Shown here piece by piece: positions 50,201-58,119 of a stretch of 64,000 nt of DNA. Source of the DNA: Kiritimatiellia bacterium (GTDB lineage: Bacteria; Verrucomicrobiota; Kiritimatiellia; CAIVKH01); NCBI GenBank assembly GCA_027493775.1, contig JAOSKE010000001.1:741651-805650 (forward strand), in the 5' to 3' direction. The notes beneath the pieces were generated by a model, which saw nothing but the letters and a program-made list of their open reading frames with translations, made no database searches and was not told the origin of the DNA. How positions within the stretch are numbered: the first letter of the stretch is position 1; each line of letters opens with the position of its first letter. Both the position numbers and the translations under genes were made by a program.

Positions 50201-50403
50201 CCGTCGCCATCCGTATCTGTCACGAAAAGATCGGAATAATCAATCCCTGCATCAAAAATTCCGTTCCCGTTGCTGTCCTCTATAAAGTCAGCCAGCCCAT
50301 CGCCATCCGCGTCATTCGTCGTGCCGTAATGGAAGCCGATATCCCCAATGGAATTGGTCTCGCGCAACCCGCTCGCATCCGTAGTGTAGTGGTACATTCC
50401 CAC
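44275..50403 (-). CDS. Giant (>2042 aa) extracellular protein with repeated LamG-like (concanavalin-A-like lectin) domains and thrombospondin type-3-like Ca-binding repeats. The 5' end is truncated or disrupted by the ISL3 insertion.
   Basis: Multiple LamG-type jelly-roll units (…GGAYSFDGNDTITLG…WQHLFATYNGVQTKLYLNGSLVA…, …WQHIVLTWNRSNAWGYYNGTY…, …WTQITLTRDGSTTRLYRDGVEV…). TSP3 repeats (DTDGDGLSD, DSDGDGATD, DPDSDGDGAADW, DADGDGLSNLQE, DSDGDGLSDWDE, DTDGDGISDYDE, DTDADGLPDNWE, DSDGDGLSNLEE, DSDGDGLDD). The listed start is a GTG. The frame stays open upstream to about 50520 (…ANYLHPGSPAVNAGGTNADAVGMYHY…), where the ISL3 begins. Confidence 0.7.
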   Translation of the reverse strand: MGMYHYTTDASGLRETNSIGDIGFHYGTTNDADGDGLADFIEDSNGNGIFDAGIDYSDLFVTDTDGDGLSDAQEYALGTDPQSADSDGDGATDFFEIFYGADPLNPASFPATLSGRIGYTGSQTGALHIQLTAYPVITNQPALSLSFDATRPTYDNSAWQTPLTVNGATWTTNGKHGGAYSFDGNDTITLGKLYQAVGINNLSWGAWIQAEPGIWLGGILGKTYFGDDSLYMILANNGSSVETRILPADQNGVRDAIKDSIITNGVWQHLFATYNGVQTKLYLNGSLVATSAVFATQPIRSNNVTAALGDLSPGAGWTFRGLMDEVQLYRATLTDAEIAGIYRSSFTDEYTRTTSQSTTGAYSFAHVPTLSNYWVMAWLDSNGNGMRDYFEPVGFYDGNGFLLGADKVGVDIDLYDPDSDGDGAADWLELQAGTDPTQPDSYPVNLAGVITYSGRQTGPIIVSAEIEAGLLLHYDFDIPNTSRVSNLISPLYTGIVNGAVYVTNGYRGGAYWYDGTNDHILVGPMGVLPEGTISYWVNPDEVENWRNPFTTDYAGWDDCIRFEAYSTGEFIGGGLGLTGQCWYTASMPTASWQHIVLTWNRSNAWGYYNGTYKFHSSHQGQGGTVGLNPSMDNVAIGNGYSTAPNRYWKGRIDEVKIYARTLDGDEVASLYATGSGTNLSLFTTTIPGPGPYTISNIPNQTSYRLKAYRDSNTNASKDNAEAWGAYSNNPILLAQSTTNANLVLIDPDSDADGMPDWWEMLHGFNPTSRVPAEGEGWWKFDETEGTNALNSAGSGYNGQLVNMPTNAWTSGMLGGALSFDGTDDYVRVLQPVAMITGSTFTASAWVNLDGTFTSHYPSIIADFILCGYLYKGFWLGWDNFNNGYGGFLANCAGGSSFPIHQSPIAGKWTQITLTRDGSTTRLYRDGVEVASNGGSFSPAMEPELRIGWANDPGDSYFWKGQLDDVRLYTSALSSNDVATMYDALGDADGDGLSNLQEYELGTNPNVQDSDGDGLSDWDEINVHGTDPRLTDTDGDGISDYDELFIYGTSPLVFDTDSDGIDDGTELILGRNPTNTIAITGINSNWVYHSRSSDSIATWEPVPQNWQRFLMVDYDSKTNTAFLVLPPKLGLRDGSTTQLFLRFSWTTNGSNWASPEYAGTFYSNVVIASANPFHGMPTMGQVTLPVFKFSWPMPSAVESNYVQAYYSILLRVLTNAQQESYLWVIDKPQELGNGYGYNNYIVYPQAVGPQFFNADYRLDPDKTRFRNGGFETGTPTSHTNMPNWGGFGLDGGVSTSIVHSGIRSFVARDLDGAYQRIVVHPGEELVVGGWLYTPSVTNGIDTNALSGDRYAVIDLEYYDSTDGHKTRVDTARMTAEHAKDTWLYYSITSLVPSRAGFAHISLRTVAPTVNLVPPGHVYFDDISVQVSKDTDHDGMPDRWEVLWPAILSTNAPEDAVLDPDGDTLSNLDEYRIGTNPQSADTDADGLPDNWEYINGLNPNDPSDALLDSDGDGLSNLEEYQHGTNPFSQDSDGDGLDDAMEVYDFGSNPLQADYTNYVTVSEMPGTATVSRLGPWTEDGDYLCSVGLRGAVRYNLTIPTGDIYRIEVEGGDCESWKTLNSYELKAKVGGAYLGRQILFAETNGSGRAGFFTPWMTAGVYSLTLEWDNASDARRLSIHTIRLIQLDGADTDEDGQKDWVENRLARLSGLDTNSVSSAISPACVEGPDPFVGLISADGGVTVQSGIDGRWYANVPLNLTNATACRFEFQHSGLISTCLVTWSATDVLTNRATLSIRLNDALKLSAFPVGATSGTHSITITGGSNYTGLAAGAAIAHTFASTGSYLVSGAYYPAAGPTQYGAITVLVYSANFDESPACWHRVPRSWTSPGLSTNVLLESGNNLIIEEDAYATPRTFRLTALTPDEHGIVARLGSQGPIIASTKARAFRFGADSDTGFTRLGACSADYYLYENPFVLSPLLDDLSIQGKVIIGGVMYEDGGITNQWLPSQFDETGVLNVRFIKYQPGAFCNIIDVYQGTNFIGRHGGP

Positions 50404-50510
50404 GGCATCGGCATTGGTTCCACCCGCGTTGACTGCGGGGCTGCCTGGGTGAAGATAGTTGGCTCCCCGCTGTTCTGTGTGGGTAGCCGATCGGGGGCTC
50501 TGCCCCCCGG

Positions 50511-52085
50511 ACCCCCGGGATTTTTCGCTTTGAGGCTACCCCGCAGGCGGGTAGGACAGGCGCCACGGCGGTCTGTGGCCGCCGTGGCGGCCTGCGGGTT
50601 TAGCCCCTGAGTCGGCGCTCGGGTTGCATCCCTGCAGTGCCCTATCCTCCGCTCAGGCCGCCCGGAATGTACCGCAGGGGCGTCGGATGGGACAAGTCTA
50701 TGCAGATGAACGAGCTGTTTCGGGTCGCGCTGGGGTTGGATGCCCCGTGGCAGGTCACCAAGGTCGAGTTTTCCGAATCCGACGGAAAACTCCAACTGTG
50801 GCTGGATTTCCCGGCCGGCAGCACGTTCCCGTGTCCGGTTTGCGCCAAGTCCGGCTGTGGCGCGTACGATACCGAGGAGCGAACTTGGCGGCACCTGAAC
50901 TTCTTCCAGCACCAGACGTTGCTCCACGCCCGCCAACCCCGCATCCAGTGTCCGGAACACGGCGTCAAGACCGTGGAGGTGCCTTGGGCGCGTCCCGGAA
51001 GCGGCTTCACGCTGCTGATGGAGGCGTTCATTCTCCTGCTGGTGCAAGGCGGGATGACCGCGGCTCAGGTCGGCCGCCTGATCGGTGAGCACGACACGCG
51101 GATCTGGCGAGTTCTCCAGCACTATGTCCAAGACGGACGTCGCCGGGCCGATTTCTCGGATGTGAGCTTGGTGGGGATGGACGAGACGTCGCGGGCGCGG
51201 GGGCACTCCTACATCACTCTGTTCATGGACTTGATGCCGGGCCATCGGCGCGTGCTCTTTGTCTGCCCGGAGCGCGATGCCCAGACGGTCGGCTTCTTTC
51301 GGGAAGACTTCGTGCAGCATGGGGGTGATCCCGACGCCATCCGCCGGGTCTGCATGGACATGTCGCCGGCCTTTATGAAGGGAGCGGCGGAGCATCTGCC
51401 GCACGCCCAGATCACATTCGACCCCTTCCACGTTGCCAAGCTCGCTGGCGAGGCAGTCGATGCCGTGCGACGGGAGGAACAGAAACGACGCCCGGAGCTC
51501 AAGGGGACGCGCTATCTCTGGCTCAAGAACGAGTGGAATCATACCGAGAAACAGGCCGAGCAGTGGGCGGCCATCAAAGGTTGCCGTCTCGAAACCGGCC
51601 GCGCCTGGTTGCTCAAGTCCGCGCTACAGGATGTGTTCCTGCCCGAGAACCGGGTCGATGGCCCAGCGCTTCTGACCAAGTGGTGTGCGTGGGCACAGCG
51701 TAGTCGGCTGGTCCCCATGCTCGAACTGGCCCGCACGCTCCGGCGGCACTGGACAGGCGTCGTCAACTGGTTCGACTCCCAGATCAGCAACGGCGTTCTG
51801 GAGGCCATCAACGGGTTGGTCCAAGCCGCCAAACGCCGCGCCCGCGGCTACCGCAACGTCAACCACCTCATCACCATGATCTACCTGCTGCTGGGCAAAC
51901 TCGACTTCCACTTGCCCACACTGTCACCGGCGGTTACCCACACCAAATAGCGGAGAGGCAACATTTAAGACCGTGCCCCACCGTGGTAAGGCGCGTGGCA
52001 AGCGACCTCAGGTGATCTTAACTTAGCGCCATTCAGGGCTGACCCCTTTTGGCTTGGCGAGGTCGTTTTTCGAAAAGATTTTCCA
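50511..52085 (+). mobile_element. ISL3-family insertion sequence (boundaries approximate) inserted in the 5' part of the giant LamG gene.
   Basis: The transposase has ISL3 hallmarks. The left region contains a GC hairpin GCCACGGCGGTCTGTGGCCGCCGTGGC. I could not define inverted repeats cleanly. Confidence 0.5.
50700..51950 (+). CDS. ISL3-family transposase.
   Basis: N-terminal zinc ribbon (CPVCAKSGC…CPEHG), then VGMDETSRARGH, DPFHVAK and ISNGVLEAINGLVQAAKRRARGYRN. Start placed at MQMNELF rather than the upstream-extended 50637. Confidence 0.85.
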   Translation: MQMNELFRVALGLDAPWQVTKVEFSESDGKLQLWLDFPAGSTFPCPVCAKSGCGAYDTEERTWRHLNFFQHQTLLHARQPRIQCPEHGVKTVEVPWARPGSGFTLLMEAFILLLVQGGMTAAQVGRLIGEHDTRIWRVLQHYVQDGRRRADFSDVSLVGMDETSRARGHSYITLFMDLMPGHRRVLFVCPERDAQTVGFFREDFVQHGGDPDAIRRVCMDMSPAFMKGAAEHLPHAQITFDPFHVAKLAGEAVDAVRREEQKRRPELKGTRYLWLKNEWNHTEKQAEQWAAIKGCRLETGRAWLLKSALQDVFLPENRVDGPALLTKWCAWAQRSRLVPMLELARTLRRHWTGVVNWFDSQISNGVLEAINGLVQAAKRRARGYRNVNHLITMIYLLLGKLDFHLPTLSPAVTHTK

Positions 52086-52124
52086 AATATTTTTGAGCAG
52101 GGGTTTTTCAGCAGAACCAAATGT

Positions 52125-52345
52125 CTAGACGCGACCACAACTGTTGCACGTGGTGCGAAAAGTCATTCCGGCTGAAAAGGGAAAGCAGTTGGCTGAACAA
52201 ACTGGCCTTGTGTGCGCTCATCTTGCGGGGTCTCCTGGTCGGGCTTGTTGGATATTTTCACCTTCAGCCGACCTCCAGAGCCCTTTTCTAAAAACTTGTT
52301 TTGGCTGCCTAGCCGAATATTTTCTTCAGCATCACGCAAGATGCG
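52125..52345 (-). pseudogene. 5' fragment of an IS4-family element (same family as 58120..59475), truncated by insertion of the IS4-superfamily element at 52383.
   Basis: About 95% identical to 59270-59480, including the transposase start (MSAHKASLFSQLLSLF…) and the upstream IS end (…CCCTTTTCTAAAAACTTGTTTTGG…). Confidence 0.5.
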
Positions 52346-52382
52346 ACTTTCAAGAAGCCCCTTCGACACGAGAAATCTGCCG

Positions 52383-54075
52383 CTCCCACTAGCCCGGATT
52401 ATTCACGAAAAAACATGAAATACCGTTAAAATAATATTGGAAAACCTTTGTAACGTGCTATTGTTTAGATTGTTACAAAAACCATAACACAAGGTTTTCC
52501 AATGCCTGATACTTGCACAGACTGTTTTCTTTTTCCAGAACTTTTTCACAAGCCTCTTCACGTCAAATTCTCCGACCAGCGCCTCTCCAGTGATGGCGGC
52601 CTTTTGCTCCTCAAGGCGCGTGACCGGAAGATGAATCTTTGTCCGCGTTTGGCCGATGCCATCCTGGATCGCCGAGACGCTGCAAAGGTCGAGCACTCGC
52701 TGCTCAGCCAACTCCAGCAACGCATCTTTGCTCTGGCCGCAGGCTATGCAGATACCAACCAAGCCGCCGCCCTGGCCAATGACCCGATGTTCAAGCTCGC
52801 CTGCGGACGCTCTCCTTGACGATTCGGCTCTCGCCAGTCAACCCACGCTCTCGCGCTTTGAAAATACCGCCAGCGCCTCCGATTTATATCGGATGAGTTC
52901 TGCGTTCATTGATGCCTTGCTCGCGTTGCTGCAAAAGCGTCACCGCGCTCCGCGGCGAATATGGATGGATGTAGATCCCACCTGCACTCCCACCTACGGC
53001 GCACAGCAACTGACCCTCTTCAATGGATACTATGATACGTGGTGCTATCTGCCCTTGGTCTTCACCATTTCATTCGACGCTGATCCTCGCAAATATCCGC
53101 TCGTACTGCTCTTGCGCCCAGGCAATGCGGACGCCATGCAGGGTGTTTTGCCCGTTCTTCGCCGCTTGATCCCTCGCCTGAAGACGCTCTGGCGCAAAAG
53201 CCATCTCTGGCTGCGCGCGGACAGCGCGTTTGCTCGATCCGACTTGCTCGACTGGCTTGACCAGCAGCGTATCGGCTACGATATAGGAGTCGCCTCCAAT
53301 GGCGTGTTGGCGCGTGAAATGAAAGAAGCGCTGGAGGTGGTGCGCGAGCTGGCGACACGCGACCAGGAGACGGTCACCTTCTACCTCGACACTTTATATC
53401 GCGCGAAGAGGTGGAGCCGCCCACGGCGGGTACTCTGTAAAGTTGAGGTGGTTCATGCTCTTGAGAAGGCGCCACGGGACAATGTTCGCTATCTGGTCAC
53501 GACGGGTACGAGCAGTCCGAAGCACGGTTTTGGACGGTACTACGGACATTCGGACATGGAGAATAGTATCAAGGAACTTAAGCACGATGCGGCCTTGGGT
53601 CGCTTTTCTTGCTCTCGGGCCAGCGCCAACCAGTTTCGAGCGATTCTTTCGTTGGTTGCGCTGACGCTTGTTCAGGGCTTGGCCTCCTCGTGGAAGGGCG
53701 GCGAGCTTCGTTCGCAAATGGATACGCTGCGCACTTGTTTGCTGAAGGTTGCGGTTCGGGTCAAGGAGACGGCCCGGCGAATCGTGATTGAGCTGGCCGA
53801 GGATTATCCTTGGAAACATCGCTTTCGGCGCTGCGCCCTGGGACTTGGTGCGGTTCCGATTTAGCCGCAACGACGCTCTGTAAATCCAGCCCTGCTCCCC
53901 GGCTCATCCCCGGATGGCCCCGCTATGCCAATGAGCGAAAAAAATCGCGAGAGAAGCCATCTCCGACAGCGCTCTGCAGAGCTTCAACACCGAGAACTCA
54001 TCAAATCCACGAAATTCACCCTCGCGATCTCGGAATTTATGCGTGTCCCACGGGGCTCATGAATAATCCGGGCTA
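52383..54075 (+). mobile_element. IS4-superfamily (IS4/IS701-like) insertion sequence with roughly 17-bp terminal inverted repeats CCCGGATTATTCA(C/T)GA.
   Basis: Left end CCCGGATTATTCACGAAAAAACATG. Right end …CATGAATAATCCGGGC. A deletion derivative sits at 24903-25396 and a solo end at 36812-36866. Confidence 0.65.
52502..53864 (+). CDS. DDE transposase of the IS4-superfamily element, in two frames (52502..52819 and 52656..53864).
   Basis: The N-terminal frame ends …DPMFKLACGRSP*. The second frame continues …LLDDSALASQPTLSRFENTASAS… through the DDE region (…WMDVDPTCTPTYG…, …LRADSAFARSDLLDWL…, …YGHSDMENSIKELKHD…). The break lies near 52810-52820. Confidence 0.65.
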
Positions 54076-54338
54076 GCAGCGGACGCAAGATTTGTCTCCA
54101 ATATGCGATAACCCGGCCTAAACGACACTTCTACCCCATACTTCGACCTCATCCACAATGTCAATTCGTCGTCACTCTGAGGAAGCCTTTTTTCAACGGC
54201 AACGTACTCGTTCAATGCGAGCGTGAAGTGTCGATCACGCATAGCAACAAACAACCATTTGTACAATGATATTACTAGCATCGCGGCCAACGCAAGGATA
54301 GCCAGCCACACGACGACGCGCTTTCTAATTTTTCTCAT
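54057..54338 (-). CDS. Small membrane-anchored protein. Immunity candidate for the CT4 orphan toxin.
   Basis: 93 aa with an N-terminal TM (VVVWLAILALAAMLVISLYKWLFVA). It lies directly downstream of 54359..55000. AT-rich. Confidence 0.4.
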   Translation of the reverse strand: MRKIRKRVVVWLAILALAAMLVISLYKWLFVAMRDRHFTLALNEYVAVEKRLPQSDDELTLWMRSKYGVEVSFRPGYRILETNLASAASPDYS

Positions 54339-54358
54339 CTGGCATTGCTATAGGTGGA

Positions 54359-55000
54359 TTACGGCTGCGGAAGCAGGTTTTGGCATGCTGTTCTACAGTT
54401 GTGGCCGATCAGATTATACTCCGGCTGCATAGCCGTATATGCCTCGGCACGTATGTCGGCTGCTGTTGCCTCCTCGGGACTAACCGGATGAGCAACATAG
54501 TCATCACTGGGAAGCAACTGTTTGTCGAGTGGCAGAGGGGGGCCGTAAGTAGCCAGACCGGGAACCCAATCAAGCAGCGTCGAGAGTGTTAAGTCATTCG
54601 CTGGCCGGAAGTCGAATCTGCGATAGCCATCTGGCGTCGGAATTAGCAGATATGTGTGATTAATTCCTTCTGGATTCATTCCAGTGTAGACGGCATTGCC
54701 TTCTCCCAATCCCAACGAATCCACCCAATTGACCGGGTCGCCATGACAGTAGAGATAGAGGTTCGCTTGGCCACCTCCGAATAGGATGGGGTCTTTGGCT
54801 AGCCATCTTCCAGTCATCGGATCATAATCCCGATACCCGAACCACGTGAGACCCGTATCCGGGTCGTAGAGCCCCACCCGCAAACCCGAACGGCTGAAAG
54901 CCCGGATTTGTGTCCTGTAGGACGTTCCCCCATTCGTCGTAGTCCATCCGCTGCGCAACCGCGCCGGTCTGGGCATCCACAACCAGCCGCACGCTGCCAA
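54359..55000 (-). CDS. Orphan Rhs C-terminal fragment with a distinct CT4 toxin domain. One frame break.
   Basis: The core …[58 protein letters not shown] is followed by a roughly 120-aa CT ending …[20 protein letters not shown]. The upstream part ([47 protein letters not shown]) is in another frame (ORF 54822..55073), with an extra C in the run at 54872-54875. Confidence 0.6.
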   Translation of the reverse strand: MAACGWLWMPRPARLRSGWTTTNGGTSYRTQIRAFSRSGLRVGLYDPDTGLTWFGYRDYDPMTGRWLAKDPILFGGGQANLYLYCHGDPVNWVDSLGLGEGNAVYTGMNPEGINHTYLLIPTPDGYRRFDFRPANDLTLSTLLDWVPGLATYGPPLPLDKQLLPSDDYVAHPVSPEEATAADIRAEAYTAMQPEYNLIGHNCRTACQNLLPQP

Positions 55001-55021
55001 GATGATCCGTAACGTCTATTC

Positions 55022-55446
55022 GGGTCGAGTCTAGACATTTTACAGTTAGCGTCTTCTCGCAATACAGATGCACGTATATTCCGGGACGAACAGGTCGCTG
55101 AGGCGGGCGAGTGAGGTCGGTTAATGCGGTGCTGTTGTAAGCGGTTGTTCGAGCAAATTGTCACAGGGGTTAGTGACGAGAACGAGGCGAGGGACTCAGA
55201 GAGGTAGTCGAAACCACAGCAGGAAAGTTCATTCGGTTGCATCGCATCTACCCTTCCACGATCTCGCGTCATAATTCAGCCCGCAAACGAACCACGCAGT
55301 TAATCATCAACCCTCCGCCGCCTTAGGTCAACACGTCTTTTGTCTTGGCCAAAATCACCGATCATGAGAATTGATCCCCACTCCCCCGTTTTGATTTTTG
55401 GACGCGAGAACACAAACCAAATGTCGAATGTCTAGACTTGACCCCA
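55022..55446. repeat. REP/BIME-like element, copy 2 (GGGTCGAGTCTAGACATT … AATGTCTAGACTTGACCCC).
   Basis: Termini at 55022-55039 and 55428-55446. The interior is about 90% identical to 35142-35566. Confidence 0.55.
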
Positions 55447-55469
55447 ACTGCTCTAACTGCTCCGGTGTC

Positions 55470-55877
55470 TTATTTAAAAGCGTTGTTCAAATATTTTATA
55501 CATACCTCAATTAGCTTTAGTCGCTCATCTTGCGCATCTACTAAACACGTGCTCAACTCTGCAGTGGCAGAGGTAGGCCACACCTTTAATACACCACGAA
55601 CATTCGGGTTCAAATAGACCTCAATACGACGCATCATGACATCACCGCTGATCCAAGTTCCAAATATAGAACACAAAAACCTAAACAGATAGCTGCCAGC
55701 GTATTCACGCAAATATGAACCGCGCATCTCTCTTACAAAATAACCGCGACCATACGCGAGCAGGGTTATCTGTTCTTGTGGTGTTGTCGCAGAATCAACG
55801 CCTACATCCTGCCATCCATGGCGCTTCTTAATAAATTTTATATTGCTAATCTCATTCACCCGGCTCACGCCCTTCAT
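55470..55877 (-). CDS. Immunity-protein candidate for CT3 (intact copy, 135 aa).
   Basis: [26 protein letters not shown]…[10 protein letters not shown]. It lies immediately downstream of the CT3-encoding Rhs fragment. Confidence 0.5.
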   Translation of the reverse strand: MKGVSRVNEISNIKFIKKRHGWQDVGVDSATTPQEQITLLAYGRGYFVREMRGSYLREYAGSYLFRFLCSIFGTWISGDVMMRRIEVYLNPNVRGVLKVWPTSATAELSTCLVDAQDERLKLIEVCIKYLNNAFK

Positions 55878-57862
55878 TTTTTGGGGTTAGTTCATTTTCA
55901 ATTGCCTCTCGTGCGGTCTGCTCTAGAAGTGCTTTAATCGGATGAGCCAACAGCGTCTTTAGATTAGGCCCATCATTAATAAAATCTGCAATACCCTCAG
56001 AAGCGGGCCCCTCGCCCAGAAGTGTGGTCACAATCTTCCTGATAAGCTCTTCGCTTGCCTGAATCGCTTGCCCGGGAACCTTCAGTAGTTCTTTCGCTTG
56101 TTCTGCGAGTTGGGAGGCGACGTTGTCGTAAGCATCTACAAGATGCTCCCAAACCGCACCTGCAAAATTATTAAGCGTATATTCTCCAGCTTTCCAAGCC
56201 GCATCGCGTGGGTTCTCTCCCAACCCAAGCGGGTCGATATAATTGACCGGATCCCCATGACAGTACAGATACAGATTTGCCTGTCCGCCCCGAAACAGTA
56301 TGGGGTCTTTGGCCAGCCATCTCCCAGTCATCGGATCATAATCCCTGTAGCCAAATCGGACCAAGCCCGTGCCAGGGTCATACATACCTCCCGCGAACCC
56401 AAATGGCTGAAATCCCGGATTTGTGTCCTCCAGAACATTGCCCCATTCGTCGTAGTCCATCCGCTGCGCAACGGCGCCGGTCTGGGCATCCACAACCAGC
56501 CGCACGCTGCCAAGATGATCTGTAATGATCCGATATGTCGTTCCCGACCGCACCATATAGTCCGGCACATTCACTCGCGTCGCGTACACGAACCGGGACT
56601 TCACGCTTCCATCCGCATTCAACTCCGCAATCGGCTTCAGGAAGTCCTGATAGACCAGCCGTTGCACGGTCGTGCCATTCACACTCTTGGCGATGCGCCG
56701 CCCCAGAGGGTCAACGCTGTACCGAATCGCAGAAACCGTGGAGCTGACGGCAAGCAGGCTGCCCCGAGCGTCATAGCGGTATGCGGTTCCGACTCCGCCA
56801 ACGCTCTTGTTCGTCAGCGTGCCACGGTCATCATGCTGGTAGGTCGTCGCCCCGTAGCTCAACAGGCGATCCTGCGCGTCGTAGTGACCCACAAGCGACG
56901 ACCCGCTCAGTATGGCATTTGTGCGGTTCCCATTTGCGTCGTATTGATATTTTGCGCGCAGCGAACCATTGGTATGCACCTCAATCAGCCGCCCCGCCGC
57001 ATCATAGGAATAGGTGTATAGGTTCGTCTGATTCTGAATGCGCTCCACCCGGCTGGTCATCCGCCACATTGCATCGTACCCATAATCGAATGACAGCAGA
57101 TTTGTTCCGCCAAAATCACTGGCGGATGCCTGTAGCTCCCCAAATTTGCTAATTTGTCGCATATCGCTCACATCGCCCAGAACCGTGTTCGTCACAAACC
57201 CACTTGCGGCATCCCGATTCAGCCGCAATTGACCGGCATTGGTCAACAATAGATCAAGATCATAGCCGTATCCAATACCATCACCATTGAGCGTAATCTG
57301 GCTCAAGCGGAGGTCCGGACTCCATGCATACCCTACCCGTCCCGTGACAGAGCCACCCCCAGGTCACGTTTGTCAGCAGGCTGCCATCCCAGTCTAAAGC
57401 CAGAGAGGACCCGCTTGTGGCAACGATGGAAATCGGGTGCCCGTTTGCGTAGGCGACCGCAATCCGGTTCTCCGGCCACCGGACCTGACTCGCCTGCCCC
57501 GCCGCATTGTACTGGTTGGTGATGGTCGCCCCGCCCGGCAGCCGTATGCTCGTCACCTGGCGGCGCGCATTCCACGTGAGGAGAAGATTCGTGTCCACAC
57601 CAGCCAAGCCGGGGGCCGAATAGCGACCCAGAAGACCAACGTTGTTGTAGTCCATCTGATGTTCAGCCTTATCGGGCGGCCGTACTCCGCCCAGGTTGGA
57701 AGACTTGTCGTACCGCAGTCCGATGGTCTTCGCATCCGGTTGCAGCAGATTCGTGACCCGACCGGCGGGATCGGAATCCAGCCGGTACGACTGCAGCAAA
57801 CTGTTGGTGAGCGCGCCCCAAAATCCATTCGTTGTATAACCGAGTCCAAAAGCACGACGCAC
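55852..57862 (-). CDS. Rhs fragment (about 670 aa of YD repeats and core) ending in the CT3 toxin. One frame break at a C5 run.
   Basis: ORFs 57281..57862 and 55852..57306 abut. The paralogue 60837..63230 reads straight through the same region with cccc (62233-62236) where this copy has ccccc (57356-57360). Core …[35 protein letters not shown]…, then CT3 identical to 35973..36692. Confidence 0.7.
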
Positions 57863-57876
57863 AGCTCCAGTGTGTT

Positions 57877-58066
57877 TTGGGGTCGAGTCTAGACATTGTA
57901 CAGTTCGCCGCTTGTCTTTGAGATGGCCTCTCGATTGCGACCGCGCGACGTCACATGGTGCCGGACGCCTTCAATGTCAATTCTCAATGGCCTGCTCATA
58001 CCGATCTTGTATTCATTCTCGACACGTCGGCGCAAGCCACAATGTCGAATGTCTAGACTTGACCCT
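57877..58066. repeat. REP/BIME-like element, copy 3 (190 bp), whose interior is an inverted 5' fragment of the RAYT gene seen at 63440-63520.
   Basis: Termini GGGGTCGAGTCTAGACATT (57877-57895) and AATGTCTAGACTTGACCC (58047-58065). The reverse complement of the interior (…caagatcggtatgagcaggccattgagaattgacattgaaggcgtccggcaccatgtgacgtcgcgcggtcgcaatcgagaggccatc…) matches 63405-63500. Confidence 0.5.
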
Positions 58067-58119
58067 AACTACTCTCAACATCACTGCTGTCCAAAACGCG
58101 CGAAAGTCTGACGAAAGAG

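Noticed and set aside
50637-50699. The upstream extension of the ISL3 transposase ORF (MPYPPLRPPGMYRRGVGWDKS…)
   Set aside because: The conserved ISL3 N-terminus begins at MQMNELF (50700). The extension is Arg/Pro-rich and lies in the IS terminal hairpin region.
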